In this document: piece after piece, positions 50,300 through 59,748 of the stretch
Numbering within the stretch: the first letter of the stretch is position 1
How the letters are laid out: each line of letters begins with the position of its first letter
DNA from: an uncultured Gemmatimonadales bacterium
GTDB taxonomy: Bacteria; Gemmatimonadota; Gemmatimonadetes; Gemmatimonadales; GWC2-71-9
Assembly: GCA_963795085.1 (NCBI GenBank)
Contig: CAWCFX010000003.1
Span: 320,001-384,000 of the forward strand
DNA length: 64,000 nt
Reading direction: 5' to 3'
The notes under the pieces: model-generated
Seen by the model: the letters and a program-made list of their open reading frames with translations, nothing else
The model's database searches: none
Told to the model about the DNA's origin: nothing
Program-made: the position numbers and the translations under genes

Positions 50300-50415
50300 A
50301 ATGACCTCCTTGCTGCAGGGGAGGAAACGGTCTGCCATGGTTGAGAAGTGTAAGTCGCGGACGGAAGATTGTTAGGGGACGAAGCCCCGAGCCAGTCCCC
50401 ATCCCGCCTTCACCC

Positions 50416-50916
50416 TCATCCCCCCCTCCTCCCCCCTCTCCCCACCCACTCTCCTTCCAGGCACCCCGGCAGTTCCGGCGCCTCGGCGCCTTCGCCCGGC
50501 GCGGGCGGGAGGCCGGGAGAGGGTTCCCAGCCGGCGATCGCCTCGTCGGGGTGACGCCGGGCCTGGTCGCGCACATAGTCGCGGACCGTGTCGAGCACGC
50601 GGGGCGAAATGGTCTGGATCGTGTAACCCGGTGCCCAGCGGAGCTGCGACTGCTGGGGCAGCTTCAGAGTTGGGCCGGCCAGGGCCGCGCTGGCGCCCTT
50701 GAGCCGCTGGAGGAGTCTGGGAATGGCCGTCATCGGGTGACCCCGAATGAGAAGGTGGACATGGGTGCTGACCATGCCGAGTTCCAGGACGGCGGCCCGC
50801 TCCTGCCGGGCGATGGAGCGAAGCAGCCGGTCCAGGAAGTCCGCGACGTCCCGGTTGATCGTGGGGCGGCGGCCCCGAGTGGTCCAGACGATGTGGTAGT
50901 AGAGCTGGTGGAACAT
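50416..50916 (-). mobile_element. tnpA: IS200/IS605-type Y1 HUH transposase, stand-alone (no tnpB)
   Basis: LYYHIVWTT, HVH (HUH), LKGAS, WAPGY, catalytic YVRDQ. Confidence 0.9.
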
Positions 50917-50976
50917 CCCCTAATCTGGGGAAGGAGGGCGTCGGGAGCGTCACCGGAAAAATGCAGGGGCTGGTCT

Positions 50977-51288
50977 CGGCCGTCCTGTTCCTGAAGGGAC
51001 GACACTTTCAGATCACAGATCAGGGTCGCTTGGCGACAGACTCCGCGACCAGAGGACAGGCTGAAGCCTGTCTTCTCGACCCCTCGGCCAACCTCGGGTC
51101 CCCAACCCCCTATCCCCCTTCCCCCGTACAGGGGAAGGGGGAACGCCATGCAGGGGCCGGAGACGCGGTCGCTTTAGCGACAGAATAACTGTCCGTGAAG
51201 GGACGACAAACTGAGATCTCACACTACGGTCGCTTTCGCGACAGACTCCGCGACAAGAGGACAGGCTGAAGCCTGTCTTCTCGGCCCG
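50977..51288 (+). repeat. family B palindrome mosaic directly upstream of tnpA
   Basis: Two GACAGGCTGAAGCCTGTC, three GGTCGC..GCGAC, two GT..(C/G)TGAAGGGAC, one CCCCTTCCCCCGTACAGGGGAAGGGG. Confidence 0.9.
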
Positions 51289-51290
51289 GC

Positions 51291-53493
51291 TCATCCGCAC
51301 GTTCCCGCCGGCCGCGGCTCATCGTCGTACGACTGGCCGATATACCCGCCCGGGGCCGGCCACAGCAGTACCGGCAGGTTCTTGAAGTACTGCTCCATCA
51401 GGTCGGCCGGGGCCAGGAAGTAGGCACCCCGGGGAGTGGACTCCACCCCCGCGTCATTCCAGTTCCATGGCGCGTCGGCGCCAGTGTCGGTGAACTGCCC
51501 AAAGCCGTCGAACATGCGCCGGTCGCGAGGACAGGTCTGGAAATCGTTCCGCCGGGCCCACAACTCCTGGATGGACACCAGGTCGTAGCCGATCACCTCC
51601 CAGTCATGTGGCACGCTCGCGTTTGCCGCCCCGGCCGGGGCGGCGACGTCTGACACCCGCTCATAGTGGTAGAGCACGCCATCGTTCCAGCCGGAGGTAT
51701 TCTCAACCTGGCCCGGTGCGCCCGGGACGGGCGGCCGCACCAGGCCGGCCCAGTCCACGCCTCGCCAGTCGGTGATCGGGTTCCGCATGAACATCGGGGC
51801 GTAGTCGTCCACCGGGGCATGCGTCCCCCGCGGCGTCCCGTACGTCCCGTGCCCTTCCGCTTCAATGTACGCGACCGGATGCAGACCCAGCTCGTCCGCC
51901 ACGAAGTCCACGTCGCCGTCAATGTCCTCGCCGGCGCCATTGGTGACCTGCTGGGACAGGGCCAGGACAGGATGAAACTCCGATCCGGCGGGAGTATCGC
52001 TGTCGGTATAGGAGTAGAAGTCGTAGTGGGCGACCGTCACCATGGCCAGGAAGCGGCCCGCTGGATAGGCAGGATCCCTGGCGACGGCCAGGAGGATCGC
52101 CTCCAGGTCATGGGGGTGGTCCGCGGCCGGCCCTCCCGTGTTGGTCCAGTCGCGCGGATGGTAGAACGCATACCCGATGAACCAGGCATTGTGGGTCTCT
52201 CTCACCCACCAGTAGACCGCCGAGCGCAGCGGGAAGCTGAAGAGGTTGTCCCAGTTGTTGCGGCCGACCCAGTCGCCGTCGTAGTCGATCCGGGTGAGGT
52301 AATCGGCCTGCGGCGTGTTCATATCTACATCCTGGGACAGCACCGGTGCCCAGTACTCGGCGAGGCGTCGGTGGGACGGCACCTGGGGCCCGGCGAGGTT
52401 CACGGTCCAGTCCTTCGCGGCATCCCGCCACATGAAGACATCGGTGCGCCCGTCGCCGTTCAGGTCACCGACGTTGATCGGACCGTCGGAGCCCCATGCC
52501 CCGCCCCTGGCCTCCATCTGGAACCCGGTTCCGGTGGAAAGGTTGATGGTCCAGTCTTGAGAACCTTCCCGCCACATGAACACGTCTGTGCGCCCGTCGC
52601 CGTTCAGGTCGCCCACATTGATCGGCCCATCGGAGCCCCAGGCACCGGTCCATCGCTGCATGTCGAAGCCGATTACCGGTGGACAGGTTGACCGTCCAGT
52701 CCTGCCCCGACGCCCGCCACATGAAGACATCGGTTCGCCCATCCCGGTTCAGGTCTCCCACCTGGATCGGGCCATCGGAGCCCCACGCACCGGTCCAGGT
52801 CTGGCTATCGAAGCCGGTCCCGGTGGAGAGGTTGACCGTCCAGTCCCGGCTGGACTCCCGCCACATGAAGACGTCGGTCCGCCCATCGCCGTTCAGGTCA
52901 CCGACGTTGATCGGGCCATCCGATCCCCAGGCGCCCTTCCACGCCTGCATCTCGAAGCCCGACCCGGTGGACAGGTTGACCATCCAGTCCCGGCTGGACT
53001 CGCGCCACATGAACACATCGGTTCGGCCATCGCCGTTGAGATCGCCCAGCCGGATCGGTCCATCCGAGCCCCAGGCACCCTGCCACGACTCCATGCGAAA
53101 GCCTGATCCGGTCGAGAGGTTGACCATCCAGTCCTTCGCCACGTCACGCCACATGAAGACATCGCTCCGCCCGTCGCCGTTCAGGTCGCCGACATTGATC
53201 GCCCCATCTGAACCCCAGGCGCCGGTCCAGCGCTGCATCGTGAAACCCGCGCCGGTGGAGAGGTTCACCGTCCAGTCCTTGCCGGCGTCACGCCACATGA
53301 AGACGTCGCTCCTGCCGTCACCGTTCAGGTCGCCGACGTTGATGGGCCCGTCCGAGCCCCAGGCCCCCTGCCAGGTCTGCATGTCGAACCCCTGGGCGGC
53401 GGCCGGCAGAATCCCCACGAACGTGGTGAGGGCAAGCAGGGCCGCCATGCCGCGGCGAAGATGGGACAGGGAGATTCGGTGGCAGTCCTTCAT
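51291..53493 (-). pseudogene. secreted FG-GAP/VCBS 7-repeat propeller fused to an NPP1/Vps62-like domain; one frameshift near 52673
   Basis: Seven about 48-aa repeats containing GDLNGDGR(S/T)D across two frames; C-terminal YWAP..YAFYHPRDW..HPHDLE. Confidence 0.78.
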
Positions 53494-53571
53494 AACCCGC
53501 CTGGAGTGGGGACCTGAGTATGGAAGCGGGAGCCGGTGGTGCGCCAGGGGCGTCCCGGGGCCCCCCATTAC

Positions 53572-53623
53572 GGTCGCTCCAGCGACAGGCTCCGCGACCA
53601 GGGGACAGGCTGAAGCCAGTCCT
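53572..53623 (+). repeat. family B module
   Basis: GGTCGCTCCAGCGACAGGCTCCGCGACCAGGGGACAGGCTGAAGCCAGTC. Confidence 0.85.
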
Positions 53624-53766
53624 CGTTTGGCTTGACAGGCCGAGGTCCGGAATCCAAATAGGACCTGGGCCGCACAACACGCCGGATCACGAGCCGCACC
53701 CCGGCCTTCCGGCTCCCGCGCGATCGCGCGCGCACACCCTCAAGGCCCGCAAGGGAAACTGACGCC

Positions 53767-54939
53767 ATGATTGCCACTCGGTCTGTCGCCGCCGGACTCG
53801 CCTGCGTCCTGGGCGTGAACCTTTCCGGTGATGTGCCGCCGGCGCCGGCCCGCCTCACGCCCCCCACCGAGTTCCACGTCATCGCCTCGGGCCAGATCTC
53901 CTGTCTCGATAACGGCGTCCTCCGGCCGCTGGCCAATGCGCGGGTCGAGATCATGGATTCGGACAACGATATCGGCACCTTCGGGGACGACCTCATGGGG
54001 GTCACCAGCACCAATGCCGCCGGCTACTTCTCCTCCGACGGGGTGGGCGGGGACGGCGGAAACTGGTCCTGGTCCAGGCCCGACGTCTATGCCCGCATCA
54101 TGCTGGATGACCAATGGGTCGTGCCGGTGCGGATGAAGGATGAGATGGGGACCACGCGGAGCTGGGCGACGCCGCAGCATGATCACGACAACGTGGAAGG
54201 CAACGTGGACCTGGGCGCCTGGTGGTGGGGGAGCCAGGCCAGCCCGGAGACGCACAACGCATCGGCACCCTGCGTCTGGCTCGATGCCCGCGAGGCCGTC
54301 CTCGCCTTTGCCGGCCAGATGCACACCCCGCCGCCGGAAGAGAGCTACGAGATCCAGTACTGGTCGGGGATCTATCCCACCGGGGACATCACCCCCTTCA
54401 CTACCCTGGCGACCACCTACTGGCCCCGGCACTACTCGACCTTCGGCGGGCTGGTCACGACCCACGAGTTCTACCACGCCGTGCGCCACGGCTATGACGG
54501 GGACCAGGCCCACTGGGACTGGGATGATGTGCGGTTCCTCTATGGCCGGAGCCACGGATACTGCGACAGCAAGCACCTGGCGACTCATGACCAGGCGACG
54601 CGGGAAGGATACGCGTTCAACGAGGGCTGGTCTGATTTTGCCGAGTACGCGGGGTTCGTAAATGTCCCGACCTGCATCGACTCGCTCGACGACATGACCC
54701 TGGAGGGCGATGTCGCCGTCCGCCTGATTCGGCTGGAACGCCGGCTGGACACCCTGATGACCGGGGCGGGCCTGGCGGAAACTCCCCGCCACCGGATGCT
54801 GGCCATCCTGCGGGACAATCCCGGGACCATACACAGCTACGACGAGTTCTGCCGGGCGGTGGACGCGGGCCTCCCCGGGAGCTGCACCGGGCTGGTGATT
54901 CCGCATTCGGCCACCATTCCCTCCCGCGCGCCACCATGA
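53767..54939 (+). CDS. secreted gluzincin-like metalloprotease with transthyretin-like N-domain (may extend to 55446 across frameshifts)
   Basis: ARVEIMDSD..DDLMG..TNAAGYF; HEFYH and NEGWSDF. Confidence 0.72.
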   Translation: MIATRSVAAGLACVLGVNLSGDVPPAPARLTPPTEFHVIASGQISCLDNGVLRPLANARVEIMDSDNDIGTFGDDLMGVTSTNAAGYFSSDGVGGDGGNWSWSRPDVYARIMLDDQWVVPVRMKDEMGTTRSWATPQHDHDNVEGNVDLGAWWWGSQASPETHNASAPCVWLDAREAVLAFAGQMHTPPPEESYEIQYWSGIYPTGDITPFTTLATTYWPRHYSTFGGLVTTHEFYHAVRHGYDGDQAHWDWDDVRFLYGRSHGYCDSKHLATHDQATREGYAFNEGWSDFAEYAGFVNVPTCIDSLDDMTLEGDVAVRLIRLERRLDTLMTGAGLAETPRHRMLAILRDNPGTIHSYDEFCRAVDAGLPGSCTGLVIPHSATIPSRAPP

Positions 54940-55446
54940 ACTCCGCCCGGCTGGTGAGAGACGTCCGCGCCGAGGTTCGGGCCCGGCTCGATACCGCCCA
55001 GGCGCTGGGCCGGGCCCTCGATGTCGCGCGGAGCCGCGCCCGTCCGGGTTCGGCCCCGGTGCCGGGGCGAGGACTGCGAGACGATGTTCACGGCCCTGGT
55101 CCGGCCGGCCCTGCTGGAGCGGGAGATCCTGGTCCATCGCCTGGTCGCCCGGCGGCTGAGTTCGGCGCTGGAGAGAATGGCCACGGATTCCCTGACCGTG
55201 CACGCCTTCGAGGCTCGGTACCAGGCCGCCAACGCCGCGTTTCTCCGGGAACTGGTGGGCATTGGCCAGGAGACGTTCAAGAAGGCGATCGTCGCGACGG
55301 CGCCGCTGGCTGAGCGATACCCTGCCCTGCAGCCGCTGGTCGAGGAACTGCGCCGGAAAGCGGCGGTGCGTAGCGGCGATTCGCTGCCGGCGTCCGACCG
55401 GCCCGCCTTCCTGGTGATGGAGGATCCCGCCGGGCGGCAGCATTGA
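54936..55446 (+). pseudogene. helical coding segment split over two frames, probable C-terminus of the upstream protease
   Basis: MNSARLVRDV..DVAR switches to AAPVRVRPRCRGEDCETMF.. near 55030. Confidence 0.5.
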
Positions 55447-55489
55447 TGCTCGTGCGCGGCGGCATCGTGCCGACCTCGAAGTGCTTCCG

Positions 55490-55772
55490 CGACACGCTCC
55501 GCGACCGGAGGACACCTGACCCCCTTCCCCCTTCCCCCCTCGGAGGAAGGGGGCACCCCATGCAGGCGCCGGCCAAGTGGTCGCATTTGCGACAGACATC
55601 CCGACAAGAGGACAGGCTGAAGCCCGCCCTCGGCCATCCTGTCCCTGAAGGGACACTCCGAGATCTCAATGGATGGTCGCTTTAGCGACCGTGCGCGCCG
55701 AGAGAGCCCTGGAGGACTTCCTGCGGTCGCCGGCTTCAGCCTGTCTTCCCGGCCCCTGTCTTCCCGGCCCTC
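55490..55772 (+). repeat. family B palindrome mosaic
   Basis: Same modules as 50977-51288 in a different order. Confidence 0.88.
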
Positions 55773-55865
55773 CTCACCCACCCCGGTGTCCCACCATCCG
55801 CACCGCCCTGTTCCCAGCCACCCACCTCCACCTACCATCGGCGGGATGGCGTCATTCAATCACGG

Positions 55866-56675
55866 CTATCGTGAGGGACCCGCGACCAACACTCGCTCCT
55901 CCCCCGTCGCCACCAGCGTCACATAGAGGCCCGCCACCCCATCCACCGTCTTCGACTTCACCACGTATTTCCCGTCCGGCGACGTGACCCCGGGATCGTC
56001 AGCCTCCTCACGGGAAGCGGAACCGAGCACCTGGAGATCGGACCCGTCAGGGCTTACGCTCACCGACATAGCCGCAGCCTGCCGGCGGCGGGCCAGGTCG
56101 CGGAAGGCTTCGCCGGGATTGGCCGGAAGCATAGGTGTCCGGCTGAAGGTGATCCGCCCCGACTGGGCCCAATGGGGTCCGGCACTGCTGCTGGTGGAGT
56201 CGGTGAGGATCCGGTAGCCGCTGCCGTCCGCGGCGACCACGCCGACATAATAGACGGCTCGATTGCGTGGGTCCTGGTTGCCAAAGACGATCATCTTTCC
56301 GTCCGGAGCGAACGAAGCGTAGAAGTGATTACCGCTGCCGTTGGTGAGCTGCCGGAGGTGCCCACCGAGTCGGTCCGTCAGGTAGAGTTGGGACCCTTCC
56401 CCGCTCTCGTTCTTCCAGCCAAAGACCAGCTCCCTGCCGTCCGGCGACCATGACGGCTGCGATGCGTCCCTGCCCGCCGGCGTCAGCCGCCGGAGGTGGG
56501 TGCCGTCCCGGTCAATGGTGTAGATGGAGAAGGATCCCTGCCGATTGGACTCGAAGGCGATGGTGCGGCTGTCCGGTGCCCAGGCCGGGCTGTAGTAGGC
56601 CAGGGGTTCCTGGGCGCGGGCCGGGCTGGGAATGGCGAGGAGAAGCAGGGCGAGGTTACCAGCGGATATTTGCAT
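55866..56675 (-). CDS. secreted TolB-like PD40 repeat protein
   Basis: SPAWAPDS, QPSWSPDG, ASFAPDG, SPDG repeats; signal peptide. Confidence 0.82.
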   Translation of the reverse strand: MQISAGNLALLLLAIPSPARAQEPLAYYSPAWAPDSRTIAFESNRQGSFSIYTIDRDGTHLRRLTPAGRDASQPSWSPDGRELVFGWKNESGEGSQLYLTDRLGGHLRQLTNGSGNHFYASFAPDGKMIVFGNQDPRNRAVYYVGVVAADGSGYRILTDSTSSSAGPHWAQSGRITFSRTPMLPANPGEAFRDLARRRQAAAMSVSVSPDGSDLQVLGSASREEADDPGVTSPDGKYVVKSKTVDGVAGLYVTLVATGEERVLVAGPSR

Positions 56676-56794
56676 GGCGATCGTGGGTTCGGATGGGTAC
56701 CGGACGATAGGTCGATTGGGGCGGTTTCGCCACTCGGGTGTTCTGGCCCTGGTGCGCGGTGAAGCGACCCCGGCGCAGGCCATGAGTGACAGGC

Positions 56795-57168
56795 GTCCTG
56801 TCCCTGAAAGGGACAACGGAAACAATCACGAAAGTACGGTTGCTTCGGCGACAATGGCCGCGAGCAGGCTTCAGCCTGTATTCTCGGCCCCTCGGCCGAT
56901 CCTGGATCCCTAACCCCCTATCCCCCATCCCCCGTCGGGGGAAGGGGGCACTCCGGGCAGGCGACGGCGAAGGGGTCGCATTTGCGACAGACATCGCGAC
57001 AGGAGGACAGGCTGAAGCCTGCGACCGCAGGAAGTCCTTTAGGGCCCTTCGGCCATCCTGTCCCTGAAGGGACACCCTCCAAGACCTGAATGGAGGGTCG
57101 CTTTAGCGGCCGTGCACCCCGAAAGAGCCTCGAAGGACCTCCTGCGGTCGCCGGCTTCAGCCTGTCGT
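56795..57168 (+). repeat. family B palindrome mosaic
   Basis: GTCCCTGAA(A)GGGAC, GGCTTCAGCC, GGCTGAAGCC, GGTCGCATTTGCGAC modules; 56974-57168 closely matches 55579-55745. Confidence 0.88.
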
Positions 57169-57220
57169 CTCAAATGCCCTGGCGGAGGGGTTCCCCCGGC
57201 AGCCCGCCCTACCCCCCCCC

Positions 57221-57261
57221 TTGACTATTTGGGCAATACCTGTTCATTTACTGTTCACAAT
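57221..57261 (+). promoter_or_regulatory. putative CarH-type operator next to a TTGACT -35
   Basis: Minus-strand contiguous 11-mers ATTGTGAACAG, TAAATGAACAG, GTATTGCCCAA fit nnnnTnnACAn (third with one mismatch). Confidence 0.65.
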
Positions 57262-57305
57262 GTGCTGTCGACATCCAGTTCCCTGTCACGAGGAGATGCA
57301 CTGAC

Positions 57306-57857
57306 ATGACACGCGTTATTGCCCTGGCCGCCCTGTCCGGGCTGCTGCTGAGCGGACCGGTGGCGGCCCAGGAGACCGCCGGGCGGTTCTTCCTGGAAGG
57401 CCGCGCCGGCGCCGTCGTCCCGACCTTCGATATCGCCGATGTGGCCCGGACCGGCACCGCCCTCGGCGGCACCCTGGGCTACCGCTTCGACCGCCTGGTC
57501 CTGATGGGTGAGTTCGACTACGGCATGCACGAGGACCAGGCCACCCGATCGGTGGATATCACCACGCTCCATTTCATGGCCAAGGTGGGATACCAGCTGA
57601 CCGCGCCCGTCGATCGCGGCTGGGAGGCACTGGTGAACCTGGGCGCCGGCCTGGTGAGTTTCGACGTAGATGGCGCGGCCGGGCGCTTTACCTACCCCGC
57701 CATCAATGCGGGTGCCAAGATCGCCTACCACTTCAACCGCTCCCTGGCCGTGGTGGTGTCGCCCCAGGGCGACATCGCGTTCAGCAAGGAAGCTGAAGTC
57801 GGAACCACGAACGCCTGGGTCTGGCCGGTGACGGCCGGTCTCCGGGTCCGCTTTTAA
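57306..57857 (+). CDS. outer-membrane beta-barrel protein
   Basis: Signal peptide, amphipathic strands, C-terminal GLRVRF; AGGAG RBS. Confidence 0.82.
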   Translation: MTRVIALAALSGLLLSGPVAAQETAGRFFLEGRAGAVVPTFDIADVARTGTALGGTLGYRFDRLVLMGEFDYGMHEDQATRSVDITTLHFMAKVGYQLTAPVDRGWEALVNLGAGLVSFDVDGAAGRFTYPAINAGAKIAYHFNRSLAVVVSPQGDIAFSKEAEVGTTNAWVWPVTAGLRVRF

Positions 57858-57883
57858 CCTTCTCAGACACTGGAGCCCTGTTC

Positions 57884-58102
57884 ATGAAAAATCTCGACAT
57901 CCTCGCGATCATCCTGCTGATCGTCGGCGGACTCAACTGGGGACTGGTCGCGTTCCTCAATTTCGACCTGGTCGCCGCGATCACCGGGGCCGGAGCGTTC
58001 GGCAACAAGAACGTCCTGGGCGTGGTGGTCTATGGCCTGGTCGCCCTGGCGGCGGTGTACTCGCTGTTCAACCTGGCGAGTTTCCGGCGGAGCGCCGCCT
58101 GA
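57884..58102 (+). CDS. DUF378 family small membrane protein
   Basis: LLIVGGLNWGLV..FDLVA..VYGLV. Confidence 0.85.
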   Translation: MKNLDILAIILLIVGGLNWGLVAFLNFDLVAAITGAGAFGNKNVLGVVVYGLVALAAVYSLFNLASFRRSAA

Positions 58103-58216
58103 AGGACCCCGCGGCCCCGGGAGTGTCCCGGGGCCCGCGGCCGCGGTTCGGAGATCCGGGCCCGGCGGATTAGTTTTCACTGAGCGGTTCCACCCTTCAA
58201 AGGGCTGACGACTCCC

Positions 58217-59185
58217 GTGCCCCGACGTGCTCCCCGCAACACCACCGGCGGACTCCTGTCCATCGGCACTCTCGCCGCGAGCACCGGAATTCCCGCCGAC
58301 ACCATTCGGACCTGGGAACGCCGGTATGGCTTTCCCCGGGCGGAACGCAAGCCCTCAGGGCACCGGGTCTATTCCGTCACGACCGTTCCACGACTCCGCC
58401 GGGTTGCCCAGGCAATTGCCCAGGGTCACCGCCCGGCGCAGGTGCTGTCCGCCAGCGAGGAGGATCTCAACCAGCTGCTTGCGGCCGGGATCCTCCGGGG
58501 CATTCCGGATTTGGCTCCGGCCACCGCGGCCTCCCGCCGGCCAGACGCCGATGTCTCAGCCGAATCAACTGACCTGCTGGCCGCTGTCCGGACCTTTGAT
58601 GCGGAAAGCCTGAAACGGCGGTTTCACCAGGAATGGGCGCGACTGGGACCGCTGGAGTTCCTGGAACGCCGAGCCTCCCCATTCCTGTCCGCGTTGGGAG
58701 ACGCCTGGGCGAAAGGATCGCTGGAGATCCGGCACGAGCACTTCGGGTCGGGACTGCTGGGAGACTTCTTGCGCACCACGCGGCAGCCCCTCGAGGAACG
58801 CGCCACCGGCCCCATGGTCGCCCTCGCGACGCTCACGGGAGAGTTGCATGGACTGGGCCTGCAGATGACGGCGCTGGTCTTCTCACTCGCGGGATGGCAA
58901 ACCCTGCTGCTCGGAGTGGACACGCCCTCGGAACAGATCGTGTCGCTGGCCAAGGAGGCATCCCTTGCCGGAGTGGCTATCAGTTGCGTCCAGCCTCGCG
59001 CGAACGGCACGTCCGCTCCACTCCGCGCGCTCCGGCGCCGGCTTCCGCGGCACATTCCGCTGCTCGTTGGCGGTGCGGCGGCGCCGGTATCGAGCCAGGA
59101 GCCCGGCATCATCCTTCTTCCCGACCTCAAGGCCCTCGAGCTGTGGCTCCGGGCCGCTGACCGGGTCCGCGCCGCTCACCAGTAG
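58217..59185 (+). CDS. CarH/LitR-like MerR-family cobalamin-binding regulator
   Basis: IRTWERRYG..SGHRVY; W-x9-EH (WAKGSLEIRHEH); GELHGLG, LGVDTP, VGG. Confidence 0.87.
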   Translation: MPRRAPRNTTGGLLSIGTLAASTGIPADTIRTWERRYGFPRAERKPSGHRVYSVTTVPRLRRVAQAIAQGHRPAQVLSASEEDLNQLLAAGILRGIPDLAPATAASRRPDADVSAESTDLLAAVRTFDAESLKRRFHQEWARLGPLEFLERRASPFLSALGDAWAKGSLEIRHEHFGSGLLGDFLRTTRQPLEERATGPMVALATLTGELHGLGLQMTALVFSLAGWQTLLLGVDTPSEQIVSLAKEASLAGVAISCVQPRANGTSAPLRALRRRLPRHIPLLVGGAAAPVSSQEPGIILLPDLKALELWLRAADRVRAAHQ

Positions 59186-59249
59186 AAGGACGCCTCCCCT
59201 CAGCGCTGGCCCGCCCCGGAGGCCCTGGACCACCCCAGTGCCCGTCGCG

Positions 59250-59428
59250 TCCTGCAGGGTTTCCTGCGGTCGCAGGCTTCAGCCTGTCTACTCGGCCCTC
59301 GGCCAACCTTGGATCCCCAACCCCCCTTCCCCCGTCGGGGGAAGGGGGAACGCCATGCACGCGCCGGCGAAGCGGTCGCTTTAGCGACAGTGCACGCCGA
59401 GAGCAGGCTTTAGCCTGTCTTCTCGGCG
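59250..59428 (+). repeat. family B palindrome mosaic
   Basis: CAGGCTTCAGCCTG, CCCCTTCCCCGTCGGGGGAAGGGG, GGTCGCTTTAGCGAC, CAGGCTTTAGCCTG. Confidence 0.88.
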
Positions 59429-59616
59429 CCTGCGCCGAGTCACAGGGTGCCGCACCGGGTGTCCACGCTGCCGTCCGGCAGGTCGAGGGTGCTCCCCGGG
59501 TGTGCGTTCCCGGGTACCGGAACCATCAAGATTGCCTTCCCCTGGCACCCAGGGCGCCTGCCCGGAGGTTCCATCCCCTTGATTCAGCGTGACTTACCGT
59601 CGGCTTCACCCTTCCC

Positions 59617-59748
59617 TTCCCGTCACATCAACCTGGCATTCCCCTCACTTCAACGTTGGGTTCCCGCGAGTTGAAGGTTGGGTTCCCGTCACCTCAACGT
59701 TGGGTTCCCGTCACTTCAACATCGGGTTCCGGTGGCTTCAACATGCGT
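59617..59748 (+). repeat. six tandem 22-bp repeats (degenerate 21-22 bp periodicity continues to about 60050)
   Basis: Consensus TTCCCGTCACTTCAACGTTGGG at 59617, 59639, 59661, 59683, 59705, 59727. Confidence 0.85.

Noticed and set aside
50416..51290. Complete IS605 element with tnpB/omegaRNA
   Set aside because: No RuvC/zinc-finger ORF is adjacent and I could not define canonical ends.
55277..57309. Short ORFs such as MSLQGQDG... and ...AGFSLSS... repeated in the ORF track
   Set aside because: They are translations of family B repeats, not genes.
59617..59748. CRISPR array
   Set aside because: Repeats are contiguous with no unique spacers, and there are no cas genes in the window.
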